A stretch of DNA of 64,000 bases from Lama glama. Taxonomy: Eukaryota. How positions within the stretch are numbered: the stretch's first letter is position 1; each line of letters opens with the position of its first letter. The DNA lies in assembly GCA_028534125.1 (NCBI GenBank), contig CM052817.1, positions 20,276,001 through 20,340,000 of the forward strand, written 5' to 3'. Shown one piece after another: positions 13,080-26,300 of the stretch. A program made the position numbers and the translations under genes. The notes beneath the pieces are model-generated. The model searched no databases. It was not told the origin of the DNA and worked only from the letters and a program-made list of their open reading frames with translations.

Positions 13080-13198
13080 ATAGAAAGAAAGATAGATGAC
13101 AGATGATAGATGATAGATAGATAGATAGATGATAGACAGACAGATAGATAGATAGAAAGAAAGAAAGGAAGAAAGAAAGACAGAAAGAAAGAAAGAAG
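13080..13198. repeat. Compound (GATA)n/(GAAA)n tetranucleotide microsatellite
   Basis: Directly visible. Confidence 0.95.
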
Positions 13199-13629
13199 AT
13201 AAGCCAAGGGCTCAGTCATTCCTCCACAAGAAGCTACTATGTGGAGCTCCTAAAAAAATGTTCAACTCATTTATTTAAGGAGGAAGCTCTGACAGTTTCG
13301 GGTTCCTGCCCAAGGCCCAGGGTATAGATGGGCACTTAGTGCAGAACATTGGTTAGGGACCTTTGTGTGTGTAAAGTGTTGCCATTGATCCCTATTCCAT
13401 CCACTTTGATAAACAGATTTCTCGCCTGAGAAGTAATTGTTAATAGCTCTTAACTTGAACTGCCACATAGAAGAGTACTGATATATATTGATATACTATA
13501 TATTGATATATATTAGGCCCCCTGTGCCCCACCGACTGCTTTATTTCTCAACTTAACTCAAAACTAACTTATAACAGCAAGAATCAGAACAATCTGAAGT
13601 ACCAACCTGATTTTGAGTCATATCTCCAG

Positions 13630-13730
13630 ATACGTTGTAAAAATTAAAGATAATGCATGTGAAGTTTTTGACTTGGGCCCAGACACATAGTAAGCACTCA
13701 ATAAGTTAAATTTTTCATTTTAGCTACTAA
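13630..13730 (+). mobile_element. MIR 3' fragment
   Basis: attaaagataatgcatgtgaag...cacatagtaagcactcaataa. Confidence 0.6.
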
Positions 13731-14244
13731 TCATTAAAAAACTATTTGTCATTTTTGTCCTTCCAGAGACATTAATTTCTTATAAGATTTTCAGATACAG
13801 CATTTATAATTTAAAGGTCTACTCAATATTTCACAATAGTAGTATTTCCATAGTTGCAATATTCATCCTATTCTGTATTAAAACTTTTGCTACAACTAAG
13901 GGATTTTACTACACCCAGTGAACAGTTAGTTAATCCAAGAATGAATCACACAAATCTGAACTTTTTTGAAGTTTTTTAGCTAAATCTTCAGTAACCTTAA
14001 TGGTTCATCAAGATATCAGTTAACCATAGTTGGATGAAATGCTTACTTCTGATGGACAGGCAGAAAACAAGCAACCCAAGGAATATAGTCTAAATCTTAA
14101 TATTTCTTTCAGCTGAGAAAAAAAAAACTCTGCAGTCAATAGAGCATAAATATATAAAAATTCAGGCATAAAGTTTTAGGGTAGGCTTAGAAGATCTGTG
14201 CTTCTTTGTTCTGAACAATTTCCCAAATGGAAATATATATATTA

Positions 14245-14389
<145 letters not shown>

Positions 14390-14659
14390 TTGCTGAACAG
14401 GAATGACCCTAACTTTTAAAATCACAAATGCAACAATTGGGACCCATGGGGAAATGATGGTTCCTAACTTAGGAATACCCTCTTGAAGAGGAGAGACATA
14501 AGTCTACCACTCAGGAGGAAGATTCGATAATCTGGGTACAAAGATGTTCTATAACTGCCAATCAGTCATCATTGTTTGACACTGGAGGACAAAGATATAG
14601 CAGCAGGTTTTCTCCATCAAAGGGTCAGGGAAAGCTAGGACACTGGTCAAAAGCATTAA

Positions 14660-15159
14660 NNNNNNNNNNNNNNNNNNNNNNNNNNNNNNNNNNNNNNNNN
14701 NNNNNNNNNNNNNNNNNNNNNNNNNNNNNNNNNNNNNNNNNNNNNNNNNNNNNNNNNNNNNNNNNNNNNNNNNNNNNNNNNNNNNNNNNNNNNNNNNNNN
14801 NNNNNNNNNNNNNNNNNNNNNNNNNNNNNNNNNNNNNNNNNNNNNNNNNNNNNNNNNNNNNNNNNNNNNNNNNNNNNNNNNNNNNNNNNNNNNNNNNNNN
14901 NNNNNNNNNNNNNNNNNNNNNNNNNNNNNNNNNNNNNNNNNNNNNNNNNNNNNNNNNNNNNNNNNNNNNNNNNNNNNNNNNNNNNNNNNNNNNNNNNNNN
15001 NNNNNNNNNNNNNNNNNNNNNNNNNNNNNNNNNNNNNNNNNNNNNNNNNNNNNNNNNNNNNNNNNNNNNNNNNNNNNNNNNNNNNNNNNNNNNNNNNNNN
15101 NNNNNNNNNNNNNNNNNNNNNNNNNNNNNNNNNNNNNNNNNNNNNNNNNNNNNNNNNNN
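14660..15159. other. Assembly gap (500 N)
   Basis: Run of N. Confidence 1.
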
Positions 15160-15229
15160 TCCATCTGCCATCTTCTTCATAGTGTTTTCTTGCTCCGGTT
15201 TTGATATTCAAAGAATCTTTGCTCGTATA

Positions 15230-15380
15230 TTTATTTATTCACTTACACATTACTCACAGTAGATAGAGAATATTTATCATATATCAAGCACTGTCTTAGA
15301 TCTGGGGTCACAGAGAAGTAACTGAAGGAGTTCCTGACCCTGAGGAACTTGGAATTCAGTGCAAGAGAAAGATGGGTAGG
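15230..15380 (-). mobile_element. L2 3' end fragment
   Basis: tttattcac...caagcactgtcttagatctgggg...cctgaccctgaggaacttggaattcagt. Confidence 0.55.
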
Positions 15381-16029
15381 AGATGATGTTTGTCTGATGA
15401 CATATAAACCTCCATACTCCCCATCTCTTATTCCCCAAGGGAGTTAATAATGTGTGCTCTCTAATTGCAAATGCTCAATTCAAAAGAGTTCAGAGAATCC
15501 ATAAATGTACTTTCTGACTCTCTTATTGGGTAGCTTGTAGTACTATCACTATTCTGTTCATAGAATGTCTATTTTCCTACTTAATTGAATTTGATGGCTA
15601 TTTTTTTTAACATTTTACTTCTTTAACAAATTCCAGTTAACCAGATGAAATACTTATTTTCAATTATCTGCCCTAATATTTATGATAAATGGCTTCACAA
15701 CATAAACTCTGATAACCTGGTCATATATGAAGTCATTTTGTTTTTAAATTATGAACTTAGTGAACAAAGCATTTTGATTTATATAAATTTGCCAAACAAA
15801 CATTTTAGAAATTAAAATACCTGGGTATATGCCAAAAATAATTTTACTTTTTAGTCTGATTATAAATTTTCTCACTAAAAATAATATATAAACCAAACAT
15901 GATATAAATTTAAAAATATAAAACCCATAAAAACTAAAATATTGATGTATCTGCATTTTCTAATTTAAAAAGTATCCATAAATGTACCCAGATACTCTTT
16001 TTTATATATATATATATATATAAGTGTGA

Positions 16030-16350
16030 AGATAGTCTAAACACTTTTTAGTGACCTGCTTTTTTCATTAAATGGTATGTAATTGATATAGTTTCATTAA
16101 TAATGAAATGTAGTTAATAATGCCAATAAATAAAGGCTTTGTTTTATAGTATTCTATTATATGGATGCATGTAATTTATAATCCTTAGTGGATTGGCAAT
16201 TACTTTGTTTTTAGAGTTTTCCTATGCACAAATAACTTTCCTAAGGGGTAACTCCTTGCATTAAAATTGCTTTGAAATCTTTATCATGCACATTGATAAA
16301 CTGTTCTCTTAAACAGCTATACCAACTTATAATTCCAGCTGCAGGTTTTT
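16030..16350 (-). mobile_element. Old L1 (L1ME-like) 3' fragment
   Basis: tagtattctattatatggatgcatgtaattta...ctataccaacttataattcc. Confidence 0.5.
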
Positions 16351-18919
16351 GATTGTTCTTGTGTTTGATTAATAAGCATACAAGGACATACACACACGTA
16401 TTCAGTGACTACTTATATGAAAATAAAATGCATATGTTTATGAATTGTTAAAACTTCCAGCACAATAGTGAATGGGTAAGATTGGTTTTGTTTCTTGACT
16501 AGTCGTATAAAGTCTACATTAGACAACAGAATAAAATGGATCATGTACATGAAGTTACCAAAACGAAATTGTCTCCTTCTTTCAGAAACATGTACTACAC
16601 TATTAATACGAAATTTTAAGAAAATGGAAGTAAATAAAGTCTAATCCCAGAATCATTTTTTTCTATCAAATAGCATTCAATTACTCTATGTGTCTTTAAG
16701 CAGCTCCAATTTAAAATAAAATCCATTTGTTTTCCTATGAGGGAAATAGAGACTAGTGTATCCATCATACAACTGCTTCTTCTTATTCTAAAATATAGAC
16801 TCTATTTCAAATCCCTCTTAATTCATATTCTTCATGTTACTTTATTCATGGCTGCAAGAACATGTACCAAGAAAGAGAGAGCGGGCCCTTGTAAACAAAA
16901 ACAAATTCATTAAACGCACTGCTTCAGTGTAAGGGAGCACCGTTGTTAGGCAACTAACTTCTAAAAAATTCGTAAAATAAAAGGACATCACCTTAGGAGA
17001 TGATTTAAGTCGTCATAGAAACTACTATTTTAAAACCAAGGTTAGTGCCCAGTGTTTCCTTTCTTCCTCCTGATTTAAGATTTGTAAAATCTTGTTCTCT
17101 TTCCACAGCTTTTATTTTTATATCATAAAACTATAAATTTTAGGTGTGCCAAGCTGTCTCCAGTAGTCTTCCTGGCAATAGACAGATATCACCATCATGA
17201 GGATGATGCTGATGGCATTATTTCCTCACAGATTTTGCAACCAGTACATTTAATATTTATTTGCAACTGAAAAGGTGCTTTGGAAATATCAGCTACCACA
17301 ATAGAAATGGTGAAATATCTTTGAGAAGTTTAAGATTTTTAGTAGTTAGATGCTGGTTTTTTGTAAAGCCAGATTTATTGCTAATAATAATTTCAGCATT
17401 TGGTTTTCTGAGATTTAATTTTTTCCTTCCTCTTCCTTCTTCTTCTTCTTCTTTTTTTTTTTAACAGTTTGTCTGCAGCAAATATTTCATGCTTTTCTGA
17501 GATTTTTATTCCTAATCTTAAAACAACAGTGATCCGTTAGTTACATACTGTGCTCTATCTAGCAGGAGTTCAACCCCACTCAATATCCCTGACCCATTAA
17601 ACCCCTCTAATAAATGAAGCTGAGGTCAAAAATATAGTTTCAATGCTCTACAGTGAATTTTTTCTTCAGAGAGGTAAAAAAAAGTTAAAGTATATTTTGT
17701 GATTTCTCTTTCTTGACTTTTGGTATCTTCCTTAGATTGCATTTCACTGGTCTGATCTATTAGGACCCTATTGCTTAACATCTGGAGTCTCCCTCATCCC
17801 TCACAGGACTACAAGGGACAAGGGAAGGAATAGAAGAAGAAATGAAGTAAATAAATTAGTGTAACTACTCTGCATCTCAGGGAGAAGGACTTTTCCCATG
17901 TTTCACTATCCTAAGATTTGCCTCTCTACACCCCTGTACATGTCACAGAGTGAATAACAGGGGGGAACTTCACCCACGTGCTGATTCCTTTTCTTCCACG
18001 ACTCTGCCCCTCTCCCTTTTGGCAGGAGGGTGCCAGTTAAGTATTGAACAAGGAAGTGCAATCCTAGATATTTTAATAAGCTTCAGCAAAGTCTTCAGGC
18101 ATGGATTGGGCATTACTTTCATTAGAGGATCTCTGAGGGATGATTTCGAAGGAGGAGACATGGTGTGCAATGCTCGCTCATGGGGCTACTGATGGACTGA
18201 AGCACTGGCTTAGGTCCTTTCCTGAGTGTTTCCCAGGTGGCAGAACGCACTGTGACAGGCAGTCAGGACATGGTGCAATGCATCTCCATCTCTTCAATAT
18301 GGTGGCCCGGGTCTGAATCCTTCATGTTGGATCCAACTGATAACATCATTTTGGGTTCTAACAACTATCCTACTACCCTTTCCTAGTCGTTTCCTCTATT
18401 TTTCCAGGTAAGGTCACTCTACCTAGTCTTCTCTGGGGTCCAGATAGGTCTGGATCTTTTCATGACTACAGGACTTTTAATCTCATTCTGTACCACTATT
18501 CCATTTGGGGCTTTGCTTTTATTCTTTTGGGATTTTGTCTGTTTTGCTTGTTTGTTCTTTGAATCTTTTTGTTTGTTCATTTGTTTCTGAGACTGTTTTT
18601 ACTTCAAGTCTTAACGTTGCAGAATTTTGTTTTCAAAACTGCTGTGTCTAGGAATGCTTGAAGAGCCTATCGTGGCTATCCTAAAAGCATCCTCATTCTT
18701 CAAGGAGAAATGCCTCCATCTGATTCAGGGAATAGTCACTGACACAGAAATGAGCAAAGGAAAAGAATACATGTGGTCATTTAAAATATTATCTTCATAT
18801 AGTTGCTAAGCAGAGAGGAATCAAGAAGCCTTTTGTCTACAAAGGTCCATGAAATCCTTACAGTTGAGTTAATCCAGCTCAATTCACTGAGATGGGAAAC
18901 CACTAAGACCAGTGGTTTA

Positions 18920-19200
18920 GGCTAGTATCTTCTTAAACACTTGTTTCTCAGGACATGATGCTATTTTCAAGTAAAATAAAATAAAAAGCGAAGGTGGTGT
19001 TTTGTGAACCAACATTTGAGGAATGCAATGTTAAACAAGGTTTAATAGGTTCCAGTACCTAAGGTGTTAATATAAATAGAAATTTCCATTTATATTATAG
19101 ATTTAATTAACAGGATTTCCCAAAAGAATTTTCCCAAAGAACCCTATGTTCAGGGTTCATGCCTCTACCTGAGTTGCACCTACATCATGCTTCCATGGAA
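18920..19200. mobile_element. Possible hAT-Charlie MITE remnant (MER103-like)
   Basis: ggaatgcaatgttaaacaaggtttaataggtt...atttcccaaa...agaaccct recalls this family; weak. Confidence 0.3.
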
Positions 19201-19789
19201 GAAAGATTAAGGTATTAAACAGATATAAAATAGGAGCTGTCACTTTGAGACATGCTGTTGTAAACTAATGAACAATGGACAATTTCCAGAACATTTCCTC
19301 TTCATGTCTTTGTTGGTAATTTGTACTCATGATCTCTTGGCTAAAGGTACAGAAATGTGGAATCCTTGCCCTGTCTTCATTATTCTACGTACCCACACAT
19401 TTACTTAATGCTTAAATGAAAAAAAAAAAATTGAATATTAAATAGATATTAAATTGCAACATTAATATTAGTTGTTATGTAATCTGAAAAGTATTAACAT
19501 GAAAATTATATAAAAAGATGTATGAATTTTGTTTCTATTTTGATGGAATAAACCCAAATCTATAGGATCTTATATGAAAAACACAAACTAAATAAACAAT
19601 ACAAAATATTTCACTCTTACTCTTCACCCCCTTAAGGCAATGATTTTACTGTGTTTAATATGCAAATACCTCTCATTTTTATGAATGCCTGCAAAATAGG
19701 TATGTGTATATAACAATTAAGGTGCAAGTATTATGTGTATATAATAATCTTAATAATTTATTAAAATATATACAAAATATTACTAATTA

Positions 19790-20520
19790 AGAAATGCTGA
19801 ATTGTTTTCCCATATGAAGAGAGTTTTTATATCACTGTCTTTTATGAACCTTTTCTAATTTTGCTAATAACAGAAATTAAGAAATACTGTTTTCTTTAAT
19901 TCCATTTCTCTGATTACTAATTATTTGGACTATCTCTTAACATAATTGTTAGTTTTTGTATTTCCTTGTTTGTAAATTGCCTGTTCATAAATTTTTTCTA
20001 TTTGTCCACTGAGACTGGTATCTTTTTAACTTTTATTTGCAGGAATAAATTGTTGATTCCAGATATTAATTCTTTCTTGGTTTCAAACATTGCAAATATT
20101 TTTTCCCACTCTGTAGCCCACCTATTATCTTTGTCTACAATATTCTTCATTTAGCAACAGTGATTAATCATATGAGATAATTTAACCATTTTTTGCTTTG
20201 TGGCTTTTGTACATAAATTTTTTTAGATACTTTCCACCCCTAGGTCACAGAGATACTCTGCAATATTTCTTTTATAAACTATGCATTTTATTTTTCACCA
20301 TTTTGTGTTTAATTCATTCTAGGTCTACCTTTGTGTGAGATATTATGTGATGATTAAAATGTAATGTTTACATTTAACTGGTGCTGAGAGTCTATTAGAA
20401 TGTGATGTTTTCTAAACACTGTTTTCAATTCACTTACAGCCTTGCAACAGCGTACACAGAGAACTTGACCTCCAGAGAAGATCACTTTTAAAAGTCCTCT
20501 TCTTCCATATGTCAAAATTA
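19790..20520 (-). mobile_element. Old L1 ORF2 3' fragment
   Basis: ttaattccatttctctgattactaa...tgtaaattgcctgttcata...gatattaattc...ttgcaaatattttttcccactctgt. Confidence 0.75.
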
Positions 20521-22889
20521 TTTTAATTAATAAACTAAACAAGGACAATAACTATTTCCTTGATTCATTCAATGAACAATTAATAATTTTCAAAGAATAA
20601 ATCTGTTTTTAAAATATTGTTCAAATTTAGTGAAATATTGCTTGCATGAACTACAATTTGACATACCAAACAAAAATACCACACCATATATTTTGTATTC
20701 TGTTTTTCTGAGTTAAAATTTAAACACAAATAAAAACTTCAAGAGGTCACACAGAAAGATTAAATTAAAATAAGAGAAGTTCTGTTTCTTCGTCATTATT
20801 TTTCCTGGCTATCAGATTATTTTGAAGCTGCTGTCTAAACACAGAAATGGGATGCAGCACAGAGAGTGGAGACAAGACTGACATCCAATGCAAGCGCAAA
20901 CGATTCCAAACTGTTACTGAGTCTTTAAATAAATGTATGTAACTGAGTCCCAGAGTGTCACAAGCCAACTGTGTAACTGGAGGTTCTTTGTATTAACTTC
21001 CATGCATCATCCAATGTTAACTAAAGAGTGAGTAACAAAACATAGACTGATTTGATGTTTACATAAATACTGAAATTCACAATAACCACAGCAAATGTTT
21101 ACAGCTCAGCCCAAGAAAATATTTTTAGGAGACATACTTTATCACTGATATTATTCTGGATTACTGGTGCATGGTAATGGAACACAGCAGGACAACATTT
21201 AGAGGGTTCGATTACAGCTTTTGAATTCTAACAGATAATGACTGTACCTACATGTTAGGAGCACTTGTGGACAGTACCCCCCTGCCATGACTTGGCACAG
21301 CAGTGCTTCGAGATTAGAATCTGAGGTGCCAGTTCCAGGCCAAAGCATCATCCTATGTATGTCCCTATGGTCCCCAAGTTTAATTTCATGTTGATTGTGG
21401 AAGGTTTTGATCAGCAGTAAATTCTGTCTGTGACTCCAGTAAGATGACTCTCCCTGCTTCGGGATCTGTACGATTGGGAAGAGGCAAGGAAAGTAGACAC
21501 CTCCACTCATCTCTATCTGGAAAGTTGCACCCCAAAATAGGAGTGTCACTTCATTTGTGATGATGTTGCAGTCTAGCCTGGCTCTGTGGTGGGACTTCAC
21601 AAGTTAAAAAGCCACAGAACATCTGGATTGGCTTGAGCATGAACAAGCAAAGGACCCCTGTCTAATGGAATGATTAAAAGTTTAAAGTGCTGTTTTAATT
21701 CAATCAATTAAAAGCACAAACAGCATGGGTCTGATTGAATCAATTTGAAAAATTACACAGCAGTCAATGTGCTCATCAGCAGGAGTGCAAAATTCATGTA
21801 TCACCTACAAACAGCTTGAAATCTGTATCCTTCAATTAGACGTAGCAAATAATCTTTTAGCACATTTCAGAAAGGTGACTGTTTTTGCAGAAGCAAAGGA
21901 AGGTGCTACACCAGAGGAATATGCTATTAGTTACCGCTAGCCCAGCTGGCATCCAGTTTGAACTATTTAACACACAAATACCATATCTTGGTTATGAATA
22001 ACTTTGTGCCCTTCATATTCCTCCAAATTTGATCTGAAGCATGCAAATGTATTTCTATTACTTTTATGTAAAAAAATAGTATTTGAATATCAAGATGTAG
22101 TCTAAAAATACAATAACATGAAATAATAGCTGAAGGCAATGATAGTTTAAGATAATCATAAAACCACTGAGGTAATTGTTGTATACCTGCTCACTATAGC
22201 AAGAATTTGCTAAAATGGATATTAATATTTATAGCTATAGCCAAATAAAGCTCACAGAGCCAGTGATAAAATTCAGCTTCCTAAAAAAGTTAATAAATAT
22301 TCCATATTTCTAATGCACTCCTTTTTTAACAATTCTGGGGTCTGACTATGATTAATAGAATTGTTTGGAGAGGAAGAGATGGTTTCTATATAATTCTTAC
22401 CACTTTAATTGAGCCAAGAACATCATACACTCAGTTGGGGAGGTCTGTTGGGGGGCAAGAGGGGAAACTAGTATGCACGCATTTTCAAGTGAAAAATATA
22501 AAATAAAATAAATCACACTAACCTGAGCACTTCCATTACACCAGCACAAAGCTTTATATATTCTGATTTCAAGGTGTGTAACAGTTTGTGTTCCCTTAAC
22601 CATATCTGATTTAAAAAGCTTTAGAATGTAGGTACAAGTAAAGAAATGTTGGGTTCTTCTCTCCCTGTATTAAGTAAGACTACGCCAGCCTTCACCCTCA
22701 GTTTTATTCAGGATGCAAACAGAAACCGTGATCCCAGCTGGACTGCCAGGAGAAAAGTCTGTCCTAGAGTAAGAGCTCGGCTAATGTTAGAATGTTAGTT
22801 ACTATCTTTCAGACTTTATATCAAATTAATTTAGGATCATTAATTTCATTATTACAAGTCCATAATAATTTATTGCAAACGGCTAGGGG

Positions 22890-22966
22890 TCCTATAAGTA
22901 TTTATTTATTCCAAGTATCTGGGGGAGTTGGATTTTATGAATTTTGGATTTCAGAAAGCTAATGAA

Positions 22967-23003
<37 letters not shown>

Positions 23004-23200
23004 CATATATGCTATAAACTGTAACATCTGCTTCATGCAGAGGTAGGGTGTAACATCCTAAAATCAAACAGACTGATGCTTCTGAAAAAAGAACATGTTA
23101 ATAGTCAATCTATTTAGAATAATTTGTTTTTGTCACAAAATAAGTTGAATTTTTTTTTGAATTTTGAGAACATTTTGTGTTCTAGAGATATGGATCTATA
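22890..23200. mobile_element. Possible TcMar-Tigger MITE remnant containing (TG)n at ~22970-23000
   Basis: gaattttggatttcagaaag...taaaatcaaaca...ttctagagatatggat resembles MER46-like MITEs; family uncertain. Confidence 0.35.
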
Positions 23201-23352
23201 CTCATGACAACCTTTTAAGTTAAAATGATTCCACACGTACTGGAGCAATGCAGAAACAGGTCTGGAGAGGTGAAATAAAATCACTCAGCTGAGTAGTAAT
23301 GAAGACAGGATTCGAAGCCAAGCCAATTGGCTCCAAAGCCCACATATTTCTC
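23200..23352 (-). mobile_element. MIR SINE fragment
   Basis: ggagaggtgaaataa...caggattcgaagccaagcc...ggctccaaagcccac. Confidence 0.65.
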
Positions 23353-26300
23353 CCTCCTCACTCCTTCCCTCTCTGTGCTTAATACTACCACGATCATTTC
23401 ACCTCTATGGTCACCCAATCTCAGGCTTTTCTGACCGTAGGGGGAGGTGTTGTTTCACAACATAAGTAGGAAAGAACAGGCAGCAGTGCGTGCGGCATGT
23501 GCCCCAGCACGGGGCTCCTCCCGATGATGCTCCTGCTGCACACGGTCTCACAGGGTGTTCTCTCAGATCTGCACCGGAACTTCATTCAGTTACCAATTAT
23601 GGATTAAATGCACTGTTTGTGCCAGAAATGAGTGTCATATTTCAAAACACAAATGCTGGGATAATGTGTTCATGTCTCATTTATACCAGCAGCACTTAGT
23701 CTGCTGCACTGACCTGGACGAGAGGACACACTAGAGGGCACAAGTGAGTGCCCATCAACGGGAAGAGGCAGGTAAATGAGCTCTGAGATATGAATCTCTT
23801 CATCTGTGGGACCTGCTAATTGAAGCAAGGCTGTAGGAGCTGTGGTCAAATCTGATGACCTGTAATGTAGATGGTTAGAAATCAATGACTTGCAATGTAT
23901 GACAATGCTGAATCTTACTGTTTATTTGAAGTAAATGATAGGGGGAAAAAAGACACATGTAAATCTTCAAGAAAATAGTGTCAAGTAATTTAGAAGTACT
24001 TCACATCTTGTCACTCAGGATATTTTTGAATCGTAATGCTACAAATTATAATTATATATTATGCAGCTAGTGAAAGCAGTTTTATTTAAACTCATGCCAC
24101 TACACTACTTAGAACAGCAAAAGGCCCTCCCATCCAAGATACAAAATAAAAATCATCAAATATCTATGCATACTGAAGTATTCCCATCAAGTTATTTAGA
24201 ACAAAGATCATCGCTGAAAACAATGTAAGTGTAAATAATATTTTAACAATAGAATGCAATTGTTAATGAACAGAACATAAATTTCTGCCAAGACATTCCA
24301 CCATAAACAGGGTATGAATTAGGCTTTTGTAAGTAAGAAAGGGTCTACAAGCACCACTAAAGATCTTGCTTCAAACATTTTGAAACCACATTTCTCAAAA
24401 GTGCTATGAGTTAAAAGACTATTTATTCCTACTGTGTTGGGTGTTTAGTGTACTTTCTGGTTTAACTGACTATTGAATAAGATTTTATTCTTAGTATAGG
24501 TAATCTTTTTATCAATAATCTCTCATAGCATCAAATAATAGAAAGCTGGGCCATTCAGAGATAATTAAACACTTCATATTAATTGAATACAATAGATGTA
24601 ATTATACGTGGGACAATAAAAATTTTTTACATCACTGTGCAGTCGAATCAGAATGAATGAGTTGATTGTGCTTAAGTGTTATTCTTTTTCACCTATGTAA
24701 GACACAATACAAAGGAATCTTACTATCCTCTAGGGGTTTTATTCATTGTATCTTATAATCAAAGGGGGCTGTCTCCTACCATGGTACTTTTGAGAGGCCA
24801 GAAGGTATGTTTATTGAACATATGAATTAATTCACTATTGTTCTTATTGATATGGTTCTGTTTAGTCATGATAGCTCTTGGATTAGTTTTCATAGATGAC
24901 TAATCATCAAAGGTTTAGATGGTAAGAGTTACCTACTCTTCACATTTTCAATAGCATGATACAACGAGAGCACAATCAGTATTTTTTAAACAAATAATTA
25001 GCAAATCAGGAAGAGAGAAGAGCATACAATTTGTTCCGTGAAGTTTTAGTTCTCTGAATTTTTAAGTTCCAGCCACACCTTGACAGAAAAGTTCACACAA
25101 GGCAAACGCTGTAACATTCCAGAGGAAGGAATCTCTACCTTCTAGTCTGTATCAAGAAATGTAAATTCTTCTAAATCAATGGCTGGACACGGCTAGAGTT
25201 AGGTAATAAACTTTGGATTACACCCCTAAGATTGAAGGTTACTAACCTTTTTTCAATCCTTCTCATGAAAGATTAACTTTTTTTTTAACTTAGTAAGTCA
25301 TTAGTTTAAAAAAAATCCATTTTTTGACATTTAGCACGCAAAAGAGTAAAATGTTAGTGGTGTTGGATATCTACACAGTACCTGCTGGGGGATGGGGCCC
25401 TTTCTGATATGATATCCACTGACAACCTCTTCACTGTTCTTCTTTATTAGGAACCAGTTATGACTTGGCCTAAGTAACGCACATAACGTTTTACTCCATA
25501 TACTCTGATATCATTCAAAGTAAGTTACAGACAATATAGGATCCATATGATACTCTTTTTAATGAAGCTTATAATATGTACCTAGATAAGTGAAGTACTT
25601 CAGGAATGGAGGTGTGATTTGCTCCCCAGAAAATCAACCGTAACTTGTGAAAATTATAAAAATCAACGATTAAAATCTCTGGGAACTTCCCTAAGGTCAT
25701 ACAGCAGAGACATGTTTATGCAAGAAAGCTACTAAGTGTCTGGAAGAACAGAGACTTGGTGGCATTCAAGCCATGGCCCACTCTCTTTACCAGCTCCCTC
25801 AGGTCAGTGTGATGAGAGTTCTACTGTGGGTAGTGAGCACAAGAAGATGGGGATCTTTCTCTCCCACTTCCTGCTAGAGCGACAGTTTCCCCCTAGAAAG
25901 GGCAGGCAACTGCATTTCCACTGCCCCCAGCATTATGCTGTAGAAGCTCTATTCCAGGCAAGCACAACTGAAAGATCCAGGGCTCCTTTCTGATGCGCCA
26001 TATCCACTTGTAGGGTGGAAGCTCTAGTCCAGCCATGGGAGGGCAAGGATACTAGGCCCCAGTCTGCCTTTCCCTGATTGTTCACAGCATAGATATTCCA
26101 CACCGGGAGATACAAGCCAAGAAGACAAGAGGTTAGCACGTCCCCGCACTGCCCTGTGTTTAGAGGAGAGTTGTCACTCTAAGCAAAGCAGGCCTGTGAC
26201 TCTGAAACACTGCCACAGAGATTCTATCCAGGGAAGCAAGCAAGTTCTAAGAACAGAAAGCTCTGCAGTTCTCCCAAAGAAGACTGATTTTATTTAGAAC

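Noticed and set aside
14400..14659. Possible L1MC 3'UTR fragment before the first gap
   Set aside because: Resemblance too weak to call.
14549..15211. Long ORFs of 174-220 aa
   Set aside because: Artefacts of translating the 500-N gap.
17130..17270. Exon-like segment after ttttag (CAKLSPVVFLAIDRYHHHEDD...)
   Set aside because: Weak acceptor, no convincing donor, peptide unrecognised.
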